In this document: in pieces, positions 9,026-18,684 of the stretch
Position numbering within the stretch: the first letter of the stretch is position 1
Layout of the letters: each line of letters opens with the position of its first letter
Assembly (NCBI GenBank): GCA_035354195.1
Contig: DAOQAT010000001.1
Span: 12,369 to 76,368, forward strand
From: Bacteroidales bacterium
Lineage (GTDB): Bacteria; Bacteroidota; Bacteroidia; Bacteroidales; CAIWKO01
DNA length: 64,000 nt
Direction: 5' to 3'
The notes under the pieces: generated by a model
Told to the model about the DNA's origin: nothing
What the model saw: only the letters and a program-made list of their open reading frames with translations
The model's database searches: none
Position numbers and translations under genes: made by a program

Positions 9026-10042
9026 TCAAAGAATATTTACTTCAGGCTCAATAAATATCCCGAATTTGTCAAAAACACTTTCCTGGATTTTCTTGGAAAG
9101 TTCCACTATTTCGGTGCCGGAGGCATTTTTGTAATTCACCAGGATCAGCGCCTGATGTTCATTTACGCCTGCATCGCCTGTACGATGGCCTTTCCATCCG
9201 CATTGGTCGATGAGCCACCCGGCGGCCAGTTTATGCCTGTTGCCTGCGGCAGGGTAATGAGGCATTTTAGGAAACCTTACGATCAGTTGGTTAAACAAAT
9301 CATCGTCAACCATGGGGTTTTTGAAGAAACTTCCTGCAGACCCTACTTCTTTTGGGTTGGGGATTTTTCGGTCGCGGATGTTGCAAATCGCTTTGCTGAC
9401 CGTCGCCAGATCTGGTTTGTTGCTGCTGATGCGCCGCACCTCCTCAGCCACACCGCCATATTCCAAATGAAAATCGGGATTTTTTGAAAGATGAAATACC
9501 ACATTGGTTATGATGACTTTACCTTTCAGTTGCCTTTTAAAAATGCTGTCGCGGTATCCGAAATTGCATTCAGCCTGCGTGAATTTCATCCGGCTGCCAT
9601 CCTCAAGGCTTACCGCACAGACTTCTTTTATACAGTTTTTAACTTCAGTGCCATAAGCGCCGATATTCTGTATCGGGCTGCTGCCCACCTGTCCCGGTAT
9701 GCCTGAAAGGTTTTCCAGTCCGTACAACTCTTCCGTGATGCAGAACTTAATCAAGTCTTCCCATAATTCGCCGGCAGCAACGTCAATGGTGGCGGAGGTT
9801 TTATCATCAGAAAGTTTTTTAAAACCTTTGGTGCTTATTTTCGCGGCTAAACCTTCGAAATTTTTTGTAAAAAGAATATTGCTTCCACCACCCAGCGGGA
9901 GCAGCGGAATTTTTGTTTCGTGATAAAAACCCAGCAGTTCTTCGTAATCGTGCAGCTTCGAAATTTCAGCAAACCACCGGGCGCTTACGTCCATGCCAAA
10001 TGTGTTGAACTTTTTCAGGCTGAAATTTTCAAAAAACTCCAT
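9026..10042 (-). CDS. murB: UDP-N-acetylmuramate dehydrogenase
   Basis: 338 aa. It has LKKFNTFGMDVSARWF, the FAD-binding PLLPLGGGSNILF, and a type I MurB C-terminus. Confidence 0.9.
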   Translation of the reverse strand: MEFFENFSLKKFNTFGMDVSARWFAEISKLHDYEELLGFYHETKIPLLPLGGGSNILFTKNFEGLAAKISTKGFKKLSDDKTSATIDVAAGELWEDLIKFCITEELYGLENLSGIPGQVGSSPIQNIGAYGTEVKNCIKEVCAVSLEDGSRMKFTQAECNFGYRDSIFKRQLKGKVIITNVVFHLSKNPDFHLEYGGVAEEVRRISSNKPDLATVSKAICNIRDRKIPNPKEVGSAGSFFKNPMVDDDLFNQLIVRFPKMPHYPAAGNRHKLAAGWLIDQCGWKGHRTGDAGVNEHQALILVNYKNASGTEIVELSKKIQESVFDKFGIFIEPEVNIL

Positions 10043-10049
10043 AAGGGCG

Positions 10050-11675
<1,626 letters not shown>

Positions 11676-11864
11676 TTATTAAAAAGCAAATTTCAGCATA
11701 AAACAAATACTTACCGTATTATTTTTTCAGATTTTTTTAACAGGAAAAAATGAGGGAATAATATTTTATAATTTATTTGGTTCATTTATTTTATGTACTT
11801 AGATTTGTGTTGACTAAAGTAATTTGTAAATTCGCTTAAAGAAAAATAAATATATAAGGTGCAC

Positions 11865-11945
11865 ATGTCAGACTGGTGGAAGTTATTCTGGTATGGTTTT
11901 GATAAAGCGATAAACGAGTTATGGACAAGTTTACAAGAAGTCTAG
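11865..11945 (+). CDS. candidate 26-aa Trp-rich micro-ORF (MSDWWKLFWYGFDKAINELWTSLQEV)
   Basis: Too short for the ORF track. AAGGTG lies 4 nt upstream of its ATG. Its TAG stop is embedded in the tagGGAGG SD of the next gene, only 13 nt before that ATG. There is no homology evidence. Confidence 0.25.
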   Translation: MSDWWKLFWYGFDKAINELWTSLQEV

Positions 11946-11958
11946 GGAGGTAAATATT

Positions 11959-13101
11959 ATGAAAATAAAAACAGAAATATTTCAGAAAGGGAATAAGAAT
12001 GTCATAAATAATAATGATATTTATTCATTACCATCGAACGGAGTTATTTTTTCGCCTTTTAGTTTCAATATTGACCCAATGGAATATCTTATTCTGATTA
12101 ATTTTGAAAAGGATCCTGATGAGTATTATAATAGCCTTGAATTTCAGCAAGCATGTGATAAAAACGGTAAAAGGCGCTTATTGGTAATAGCTTACCGAAC
12201 CGATGGCGCGACCGATATTTATTATCAACCAGGTTTTCCATTTGGATCACAAGATAGTGTTTTAAATAATGCCGGCTTTTTTGAGAGGCCCTTGGAGAAT
12301 GCAAAGTTTGAAGTAAACGTTAATGGTATAGAAGTTAATTTTATCCTCGAAGATAAAATAGGCCGTGAGATAAAAGTAAGAGTCAACGAAAGTAAAAGAC
12401 AGAAAAAGAATCCTTTCTTTTTGCTCGCACCTGTAGGAGCAAATTCATTAAAGCCAAAGTCTTTACCCATTTATTCACTATATGAAATGTCTTTTACAAA
12501 ACAAAAATATACCAATATAGAGATAGAGATTGATAAAGTAAAACATAAGCCCGATACTTTTCCAATGCCGATAGATGGCTCCAAAAACTACTTCACTCGC
12601 TATTCTGTTGATACATTTAATGTTGATTGGAATAAAAATTTCAAAGGTCCATTATCTCCATTAACCCCTGACAATAATTGTAAAATAGAAGACTTGGGAA
12701 CAACCTATGATATAGAGGAGAAAAGTGGGCATTATGAAATAAAACGAATGAGTACGAAGAACAAGAAACATAAGATTTCAATTGAGTTTTATCCGGCAAT
12801 ACCTGATGTTGTCTGCCTCAGACAAGGAGTAGAAATAAATGGGAACTTCTCAATCAAAACTGATGATACAGCGGGAACCATAGGTGGAAATTACCAGATC
12901 AAAAGGCATGAAAACGACATTGATTTTACGATTAATCCCACTGGTGGTTGGGAACCCAACGAAAGCAGATTGGTATTAAAAATTTTATTCTTTGTTGTAA
13001 AAATCTTCAAGGAATGGCCAAAAAGCTATGTTTGGAATGCACAGATTAGATTGGATGACGCAGGACAACCAATAATGCAATCCGCTTGGAAAAGGATCTA
13101 A
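11959..13101 (+). CDS. hypothetical protein, 380 aa, no family recognised
   Basis: Long ORF in AT-rich DNA. It is preceded by GGGAGG with 8-nt spacing to the ATG. It has no signal peptide or TM segment. Confidence 0.6.
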   Translation: MKIKTEIFQKGNKNVINNNDIYSLPSNGVIFSPFSFNIDPMEYLILINFEKDPDEYYNSLEFQQACDKNGKRRLLVIAYRTDGATDIYYQPGFPFGSQDSVLNNAGFFERPLENAKFEVNVNGIEVNFILEDKIGREIKVRVNESKRQKKNPFFLLAPVGANSLKPKSLPIYSLYEMSFTKQKYTNIEIEIDKVKHKPDTFPMPIDGSKNYFTRYSVDTFNVDWNKNFKGPLSPLTPDNNCKIEDLGTTYDIEEKSGHYEIKRMSTKNKKHKISIEFYPAIPDVVCLRQGVEINGNFSIKTDDTAGTIGGNYQIKRHENDIDFTINPTGGWEPNESRLVLKILFFVVKIFKEWPKSYVWNAQIRLDDAGQPIMQSAWKRI

Positions 13102-13344
13102 AATGTATCAGGAGAAATGTCTAGTAAAGAGCATACATCTTGGAAAGGATAAAGAAATGGCAAAACGGGTTTTAAAGAGGATTATGAAAGCTATAATGGC
13201 CAGTTTTTAACTTTTTAAGACTGATATATATGAAATTTCGAAGATCAGCCATCATATGCTGTTATGCATCCTAAGAGTCAACATCAATGACCCCAAATTT
13301 CTTATAAATAATAATCTGTAATTTTACCTTAATAAAATTCGAAC

Positions 13345-14121
13345 ATGAGAAAGACTTATAAAAAAGCCGTTCTGGAAGCCTTAGAACGTACAAATCATGA
13401 AAAAAATGAAATTCTAACCGAAGCAGATATTCAGCACTTACCTGTTATTGTTCAAAAGTACCTTCATTACTCAGGGGCAGTCGGAAAAGAAAAAGTATTG
13501 AATTTTAGGGTAGAGTTTAAAGGGGGGATCAGATCAAAATCTACCGAAGACTTTATGCCTCTTAAATCAGTGCAATATAATTTCACGGACAAGCCCAGCC
13601 GGTTTTTTTACATCGTTGCAAAGAAAAAAGGAATTCCAGCAAAAGGTATTCACTTGTACCAAGATCAGACGGCAATCATGGTGGTGAAAATTTTCGGCCT
13701 GTTTACAGTTGTTGATGCTAAAGGGAAAGAAATGAATCAGGGTGAAACTGTAACATTATTTAACGATATGTGTTTTATGGCACCGGCTTCACTAATTGAT
13801 CAAAATATCGAATGGAAGGAGGTTGACAATAAAACCATCGATGCAAAATTTACAAACGGCCATATAACTATCGGTGCAACATTGTATTTCAATGAAGAGG
13901 GTGAACTTGTCAACTTTATAAGTAACGACAGATTCGAAACTGCAGATGGTAAAATTTTTAAAAACTATCCTTGGATTACTCCCGTGACAGGCTATACAAA
14001 CGTAAATGGATATCGACTTCCTTCAGGTGCAAAACTAATTTATAAACATCCTGACGAAGATTTTTGCTATGGCGAGTTCAATTTAATTAGTATAGAATAC
14101 AACTGCAGAGATTTTATATAA
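13345..14121 (+). CDS. hypothetical protein, 258 aa (resembles DUF6544 from memory, unverified)
   Basis: The N-terminal pattern LTEADIQHLPVIVQKYLHYSGAVGKEKV and the size resemble my recollection of DUF6544. Confidence 0.55.
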   Translation: MRKTYKKAVLEALERTNHEKNEILTEADIQHLPVIVQKYLHYSGAVGKEKVLNFRVEFKGGIRSKSTEDFMPLKSVQYNFTDKPSRFFYIVAKKKGIPAKGIHLYQDQTAIMVVKIFGLFTVVDAKGKEMNQGETVTLFNDMCFMAPASLIDQNIEWKEVDNKTIDAKFTNGHITIGATLYFNEEGELVNFISNDRFETADGKIFKNYPWITPVTGYTNVNGYRLPSGAKLIYKHPDEDFCYGEFNLISIEYNCRDFI

Positions 14122-14243
14122 AGTACGAACGCATAATACCGGACGGTTAGAAAACATTTCTTTCTTATTTTATGGCTTTGTAATAGTAGCTGCAGATATT
14201 TTTTTATAAAAAATATCAGAAGTTAGATTTAAAATAATAATTT

Positions 14244-14251
14244 TATATTTG
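14244..14251 (+). promoter_or_regulatory. candidate -7 box (TATATTTG) for ORF 14287
   Basis: Exact TAnnTTTG, 36 nt upstream of the ATG. Confidence 0.4.
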
Positions 14252-14286
14252 TTCACCATATTTGTCCTGGGTAATATTAAAACCTA

Positions 14287-15006
14287 ATGATGATTGCATT
14301 GAAGTCCCTGTTACTCGTCCTCATTTCTTGTCTCCAGCTGATTACATACGGACAGCTTTCCTTTGATGATGTGAAGATGGAAAAGATCCATCAAAAAAAA
14401 ATCAGGGAGTATATTGAAGGGTGCATAGGAAATAGCAAGCACCAGTTTGCTGAGATTCATCCCTCGTGGAAACGCGGAAAGGACTTGTCGCCATACAGCA
14501 AAAACGAAATGACGTTCTGTTTGAAAGGCAAGCTGGAGGATGTCTGGCAAGGCTATATATCGGCAAATCCTTCAAAATCCTGGAACGGCCGAAAGGTTTC
14601 CTTTGGTTTGTTAATACAGAAATTCCCGGGTAACATTTTTTATAATAATGATTCGATAATGGGGGTGGATACCGGGCAGGTTTATTTTTTAAATCTTAAG
14701 CTGTTACTGGGCCTTTATAAGGTTCCGGTGGCTTTTGAAATGATTACGGTGGATGCGGAAGAAAAGGTAATAGAATTCAGTTACATTGAAGGGAATAAAT
14801 CGAGCGGCGTCCAGCAGATAAAATTTTCGGATATTGGCGGAAACCGCACATTAATTGTTCACAGCAGTTATTTTAAGAGTAAATCAAAATTCCGCGATAA
14901 AAACCTATATCCCTTTTTTCATGAAAAAATCGTCAGTGATTTTCACCGGAATATGAGAAAGTTGCTGCATTTGAAAAAAGCAAGCATGAAGATAAAAAAG
15001 AGGTGA
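14287..15006 (+). CDS. hypothetical secreted protein, 239 aa (possible DUF1990/SRPBCC-like C-terminal half, tentative)
   Basis: The N-terminal signal-like segment is LKSLLLVLISCLQLITYGQ. The C-terminal FSYIEGNKSSGVQQIKF...IVHSSYFKSKSKFRDKNLYPFF loosely resembles DUF1990. Confidence 0.55.
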   Translation: MMIALKSLLLVLISCLQLITYGQLSFDDVKMEKIHQKKIREYIEGCIGNSKHQFAEIHPSWKRGKDLSPYSKNEMTFCLKGKLEDVWQGYISANPSKSWNGRKVSFGLLIQKFPGNIFYNNDSIMGVDTGQVYFLNLKLLLGLYKVPVAFEMITVDAEEKVIEFSYIEGNKSSGVQQIKFSDIGGNRTLIVHSSYFKSKSKFRDKNLYPFFHEKIVSDFHRNMRKLLHLKKASMKIKKR

Positions 15007-15113
15007 GGCTGCGAACAGGCCGTAAATAGATAATTTTTCACATCAGGCATTTCCTAAACACAAAATTTCACTAATATTGTGTCCTTATATTTTGATTATA
15101 TTAAGGAAGCAAA

Positions 15114-16640
15114 ATGGCAGATTCAATTAAGATCGGGTTTGATAACGAAAAATACCTTCAGGAGCAGACCGCTGCAATTCTTGAGAGGGTTGGCAGGTTT
15201 AACGACAAACTTTACCTGGAATTCGGGGGCAAAATACTTTATGATTATCATGCTGCACGCGTGCTGCCGGGCTTCGACCCCAACGTGAAAATGCGGCTGT
15301 TGCAACTTTTAAAAGATAAAGTGGATGTGATCATGTGCATCCATGCAGGCGATATTGAACGCAATAAAATCCGTGCTGATTTTGGTATAACCTACGATGT
15401 TGACACCTTTAAAACCATAGATGATTTAAGATGGTGGGGCATCAATGTGGCCGCTGTGGTCATCACCCGTTATCAGAATCAACCGGCTGCCAAAACTTTT
15501 AAAAACAAACTGGAATTAAGAGGTGTAAAAGTTTATTTACATTTTCCGACCAAAGGATATCCGACGGATGTTGACCTTATTGTTAGCGATCAGGGCTATG
15601 GGGCAAACGAATATATCAAAACTACCCGGCCCATTGTAGTTGTTACCGGCCCCGGGCCTGGCAGCGGCAAACTGGGCACCTGCCTCTGCAACCTGTATCA
15701 TGAATACAAAAGAGGAATAAAAGCCGGCTATGCCAAATTTGAAACATTTCCTATCTGGGACCTACCGCTCAACCATATGGTCAATATTGCCTATGAGGCT
15801 GCCACTGCCGACCTGAGAGACGTAAACATGATTGATACGCATCATCTGAAAGCCTACAATAAAGAGGTGGTCAATTATAACCGCGATATAGAAGCATTTA
15901 ATTTGCTCAAGAAAATTCTTGAAAAAATCACAGGCGGGGAGTCCATGTACAAATCCCCGACCGATATGGGTGTGAACCGGGCGAGCGCAGGCATTGTGGA
16001 TGATAAGATCATTCAGGAAGCATCCTACCAGGAGATCATCCGCAGGTACTTCCGTTGTGCTGTTGAATATGCCATGGGCCTCACAGAAAAGGACACACTG
16101 AACCGCTCCAGGGAGATCATGGATAAAATCGGCGCTAAAGAGGAAGACCGTAAAGTAGTATTACCGGCAAGAGAAGCCGCCAAAGCAGCAGAAAAATGCG
16201 GAAAAGGAAATGAAGGGGTTTTTTGCGGATCAGCCATCGAAATGCATGATGGAACCATCATTACCGGCAAGAACTCTCCTTTGTTGCATGCGTCTTCCAG
16301 CCTGATCTTAAATGCTACCAAACACCTGGCAGGCCTTCCCGATAGTATGATACTGCTACCTGCAAATATCATCGATTCGGTGACTCATTTGAAAAAAGAT
16401 ATACTGAATGGCAAAAAGGTCAATCTTGATGTGGAAGAAACATTGATCGCCCTGGCCATCAGCGCCACCACAAATCCGGCGGCAAAGATGGCGCTGGAAA
16501 GCCTGAAGGAATTGCAGGGTTGCGAAATGCATTCCACACATATTCCTACAGCAGGTGATGAGGCAGGATTCCGGAAATTAAAAGTGAACGTGACCTGCGA
16601 TCCCGTATTTTCTAGCAAACGGTTATTTGTCAGTGAATAG
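15114..16640 (+). CDS. DUF1846 (UPF0371) family protein
   Basis: 508 aa. The N-terminus IGFDNEKYLQEQTAAILERV and the length are characteristic of UPF0371. Confidence 0.8.
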   Translation: MADSIKIGFDNEKYLQEQTAAILERVGRFNDKLYLEFGGKILYDYHAARVLPGFDPNVKMRLLQLLKDKVDVIMCIHAGDIERNKIRADFGITYDVDTFKTIDDLRWWGINVAAVVITRYQNQPAAKTFKNKLELRGVKVYLHFPTKGYPTDVDLIVSDQGYGANEYIKTTRPIVVVTGPGPGSGKLGTCLCNLYHEYKRGIKAGYAKFETFPIWDLPLNHMVNIAYEAATADLRDVNMIDTHHLKAYNKEVVNYNRDIEAFNLLKKILEKITGGESMYKSPTDMGVNRASAGIVDDKIIQEASYQEIIRRYFRCAVEYAMGLTEKDTLNRSREIMDKIGAKEEDRKVVLPAREAAKAAEKCGKGNEGVFCGSAIEMHDGTIITGKNSPLLHASSSLILNATKHLAGLPDSMILLPANIIDSVTHLKKDILNGKKVNLDVEETLIALAISATTNPAAKMALESLKELQGCEMHSTHIPTAGDEAGFRKLKVNVTCDPVFSSKRLFVSE

Positions 16641-16674
16641 AAGAGTCTAAAAAAGTACTTCTTACCAGAAATAC

Positions 16675-18144
16675 CTAAAGGCTAAACCACTGTTTTATCA
16701 ACACATCTGCTTTGTGAGCGTTTTTCTTATAACTGAACTCATTGGTTTTGGGTGAGTACACATAGTCTTTTGCCCATTTACCATGGTTTTTGGCCACCTG
16801 GCCGATCGCGTTGCAAATAAAATGGAGTTCCTCGTCCGTCATGGTGGGATGGAGTGATAGGCGCACCCAGCCGGGTTTTTCCGACAGGTCGCCGCTGGTA
16901 ATTTTCGCGGTGATGTGTTTTGATTTCTGATAACTCACATCAAGTAAAAAATGCCCGTAGGTGCCGGCACAGGCGCATCCTCCGCGTACCTGTATGCCGA
17001 AACGGTCGTTCAACAGCTTTACCGCGAGGTTGTAATGCAGCCCGTCGATATAAAATGAGATAACTCCCAGGCGGCACCGGATTGAATCAGCAAGGATGTG
17101 AATGCCCGGAATTTTCGGGAGTTTTTCAAAGGCGATTTTAAGCAGTTCTTCCTCACGTTTCTGTATGTTGGCCGTACCCATTTTATTTTTCAGTTCGATG
17201 CACAGGGCGGTGCGGATGGCTTGTAAAAACCCCGGTGTGCCGCCGTCTTCGCGGGCTTCAATGTTGTCGAGGTACTTATATTCACCCCAGGGGTTGGTCC
17301 AGTCAACCGTGCCGCCGCCAGGCTGGTCGGGAGCATGGTGCGGGTACAGCGATGAATCAAAAATCAAAACGCCTGAACTGCCCGGCCCGCCAAGAAATTT
17401 GTGAGGCGAAAAAAATATGGCGTCAAGTTTTTCCATGGGATCGGCCGGATGCATATCAATATCGCAATAGGGCGCTGAAGCGGCGAAGTCAACAAAACAA
17501 ACGCCTCCGTGCTGATGCATCATTTTGGCCATCTGGTGGTAAGGAGTGGTAATGCCGGTAACATTAGAACAAGCAGTAAAAGAACCTATTTTGAATTTGC
17601 GGTCCTTATATTTTATTAATTCCTGTTCAAGATGGTTCAGATCCACAAGCAGGTCTTTTCCGGGTTTGACCAGCACCACTTCGGCATTGGTTTCATACCA
17701 GGAAGTATGGTTCGAATGATGTTCCATGTGCGTGATGAAAACCACCGGCTTTTCTCTTTTTTGCAGGCAGTCACTTTGGTTTATCATGCCGCAGGTCCGA
17801 AGCCCCAGGATCCTTTGAAGCTTGTTGACAACCGCCGTCATCCCGAATCCTGCCGTAATGATAACATCGTTGGCCGATGCATGGACGTGCTCTTTGATCT
17901 TTTGATGTGCCATATGATATGACAGCGTCATCAACGTGCCGGTTTCACTGGTTTCGGTATGTGTATTGCCGACATAAGGCCCGATCTTTTCCGTTATGAT
18001 CTTTTCGATGGGTTTGTATAATCTTCCGCTGGCAATCCAGTCGGCATAGATCATTTTAACAGGGCCGTAAGGTGTTTCAAAAGTTAGGTCGTTACCTATA
18101 ATGTCTTTCCTGAATTTTGAGAAATGTTTTTCCTGTGCTGTCAT
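16675..18144 (-). CDS. class V-fold PLP-dependent aminotransferase / cysteine desulfurase-like enzyme
   Basis: 489 aa. FSPHKFLGGPGSSGVL carries the PLP-lysine region. HHSNHTSW and GGCACAG are also present. Confidence 0.8.
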   Translation of the reverse strand: MTAQEKHFSKFRKDIIGNDLTFETPYGPVKMIYADWIASGRLYKPIEKIITEKIGPYVGNTHTETSETGTLMTLSYHMAHQKIKEHVHASANDVIITAGFGMTAVVNKLQRILGLRTCGMINQSDCLQKREKPVVFITHMEHHSNHTSWYETNAEVVLVKPGKDLLVDLNHLEQELIKYKDRKFKIGSFTACSNVTGITTPYHQMAKMMHQHGGVCFVDFAASAPYCDIDMHPADPMEKLDAIFFSPHKFLGGPGSSGVLIFDSSLYPHHAPDQPGGGTVDWTNPWGEYKYLDNIEAREDGGTPGFLQAIRTALCIELKNKMGTANIQKREEELLKIAFEKLPKIPGIHILADSIRCRLGVISFYIDGLHYNLAVKLLNDRFGIQVRGGCACAGTYGHFLLDVSYQKSKHITAKITSGDLSEKPGWVRLSLHPTMTDEELHFICNAIGQVAKNHGKWAKDYVYSPKTNEFSYKKNAHKADVLIKQWFSL

Positions 18145-18167
18145 AAACTCTAAAATGCAATTGCCTG

Positions 18168-18644
18168 TTATTTGGCGTTAATGATTTTCTCTTCTATTAT
18201 ATTTTGTCTTTCAATTCTTTTTATTTTTTTCCAGATTATTAGTTCCGGTACAATGAAAACAGCTGAAGATGCAACAATAGTAATGTAAAATAGAACGGTC
18301 AAAACAATACTGATTCCATCAGTCTTACCCATAAAAGGGTAATTACTTGTTCCCCGGACAAAGTAAGCGTATAAAATATACCAGATAATCGAAAGTGTGC
18401 TTATTATTAGAAAAATCAATTGTCTTTTTGTTTTGATTTTCTTAATTAATAAGCCAAAGAGTAAAAAACAAATTCCAATGATAAAAAGAAATGGCATAAA
18501 AACAACCCACACTCTTTCTACTGAAAAATCGTTTGATGTTGTGATCATTAGCAATGACATTGTCATAAAATAAAATGAAAGAAACGTAATAGCACCTCCG
18601 TAAATGATTAGAAATATTCTTATCCCCTTTATTTTTTTATCCAT
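18168..18644 (-). CDS. small 4-TM membrane protein, unknown function
   Basis: 158 aa with four hydrophobic spans, encoded on markedly AT-rich DNA. Confidence 0.55.
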   Translation of the reverse strand: MDKKIKGIRIFLIIYGGAITFLSFYFMTMSLLMITTSNDFSVERVWVVFMPFLFIIGICFLLFGLLIKKIKTKRQLIFLIISTLSIIWYILYAYFVRGTSNYPFMGKTDGISIVLTVLFYITIVASSAVFIVPELIIWKKIKRIERQNIIEEKIINAK

Positions 18645-18684
18645 AACAATCTTATTTGTTTAAATGACATATAACATCAAGCTG

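Noticed and set aside
13103-13210. 35-codon ORF (MYQEKCLVKSIHLGKDKEMAKRVLKRIMKAIMASF) starting 2 nt after the 380-aa gene stop
   Set aside because: The cationic amphipathic tail is suggestive. However, there is no ribosome-binding or promoter signal, the ORF is very short, and AT-rich DNA yields such ORFs by chance.
14195-14217. AT-only near-palindrome GATATTTTTTTATAAAAAATATC after ORF 13345..14121
   Set aside because: It could be a weak bidirectional terminator. However, pure A/T palindromes arise easily in AT-rich DNA, so I considered it too weak to call.
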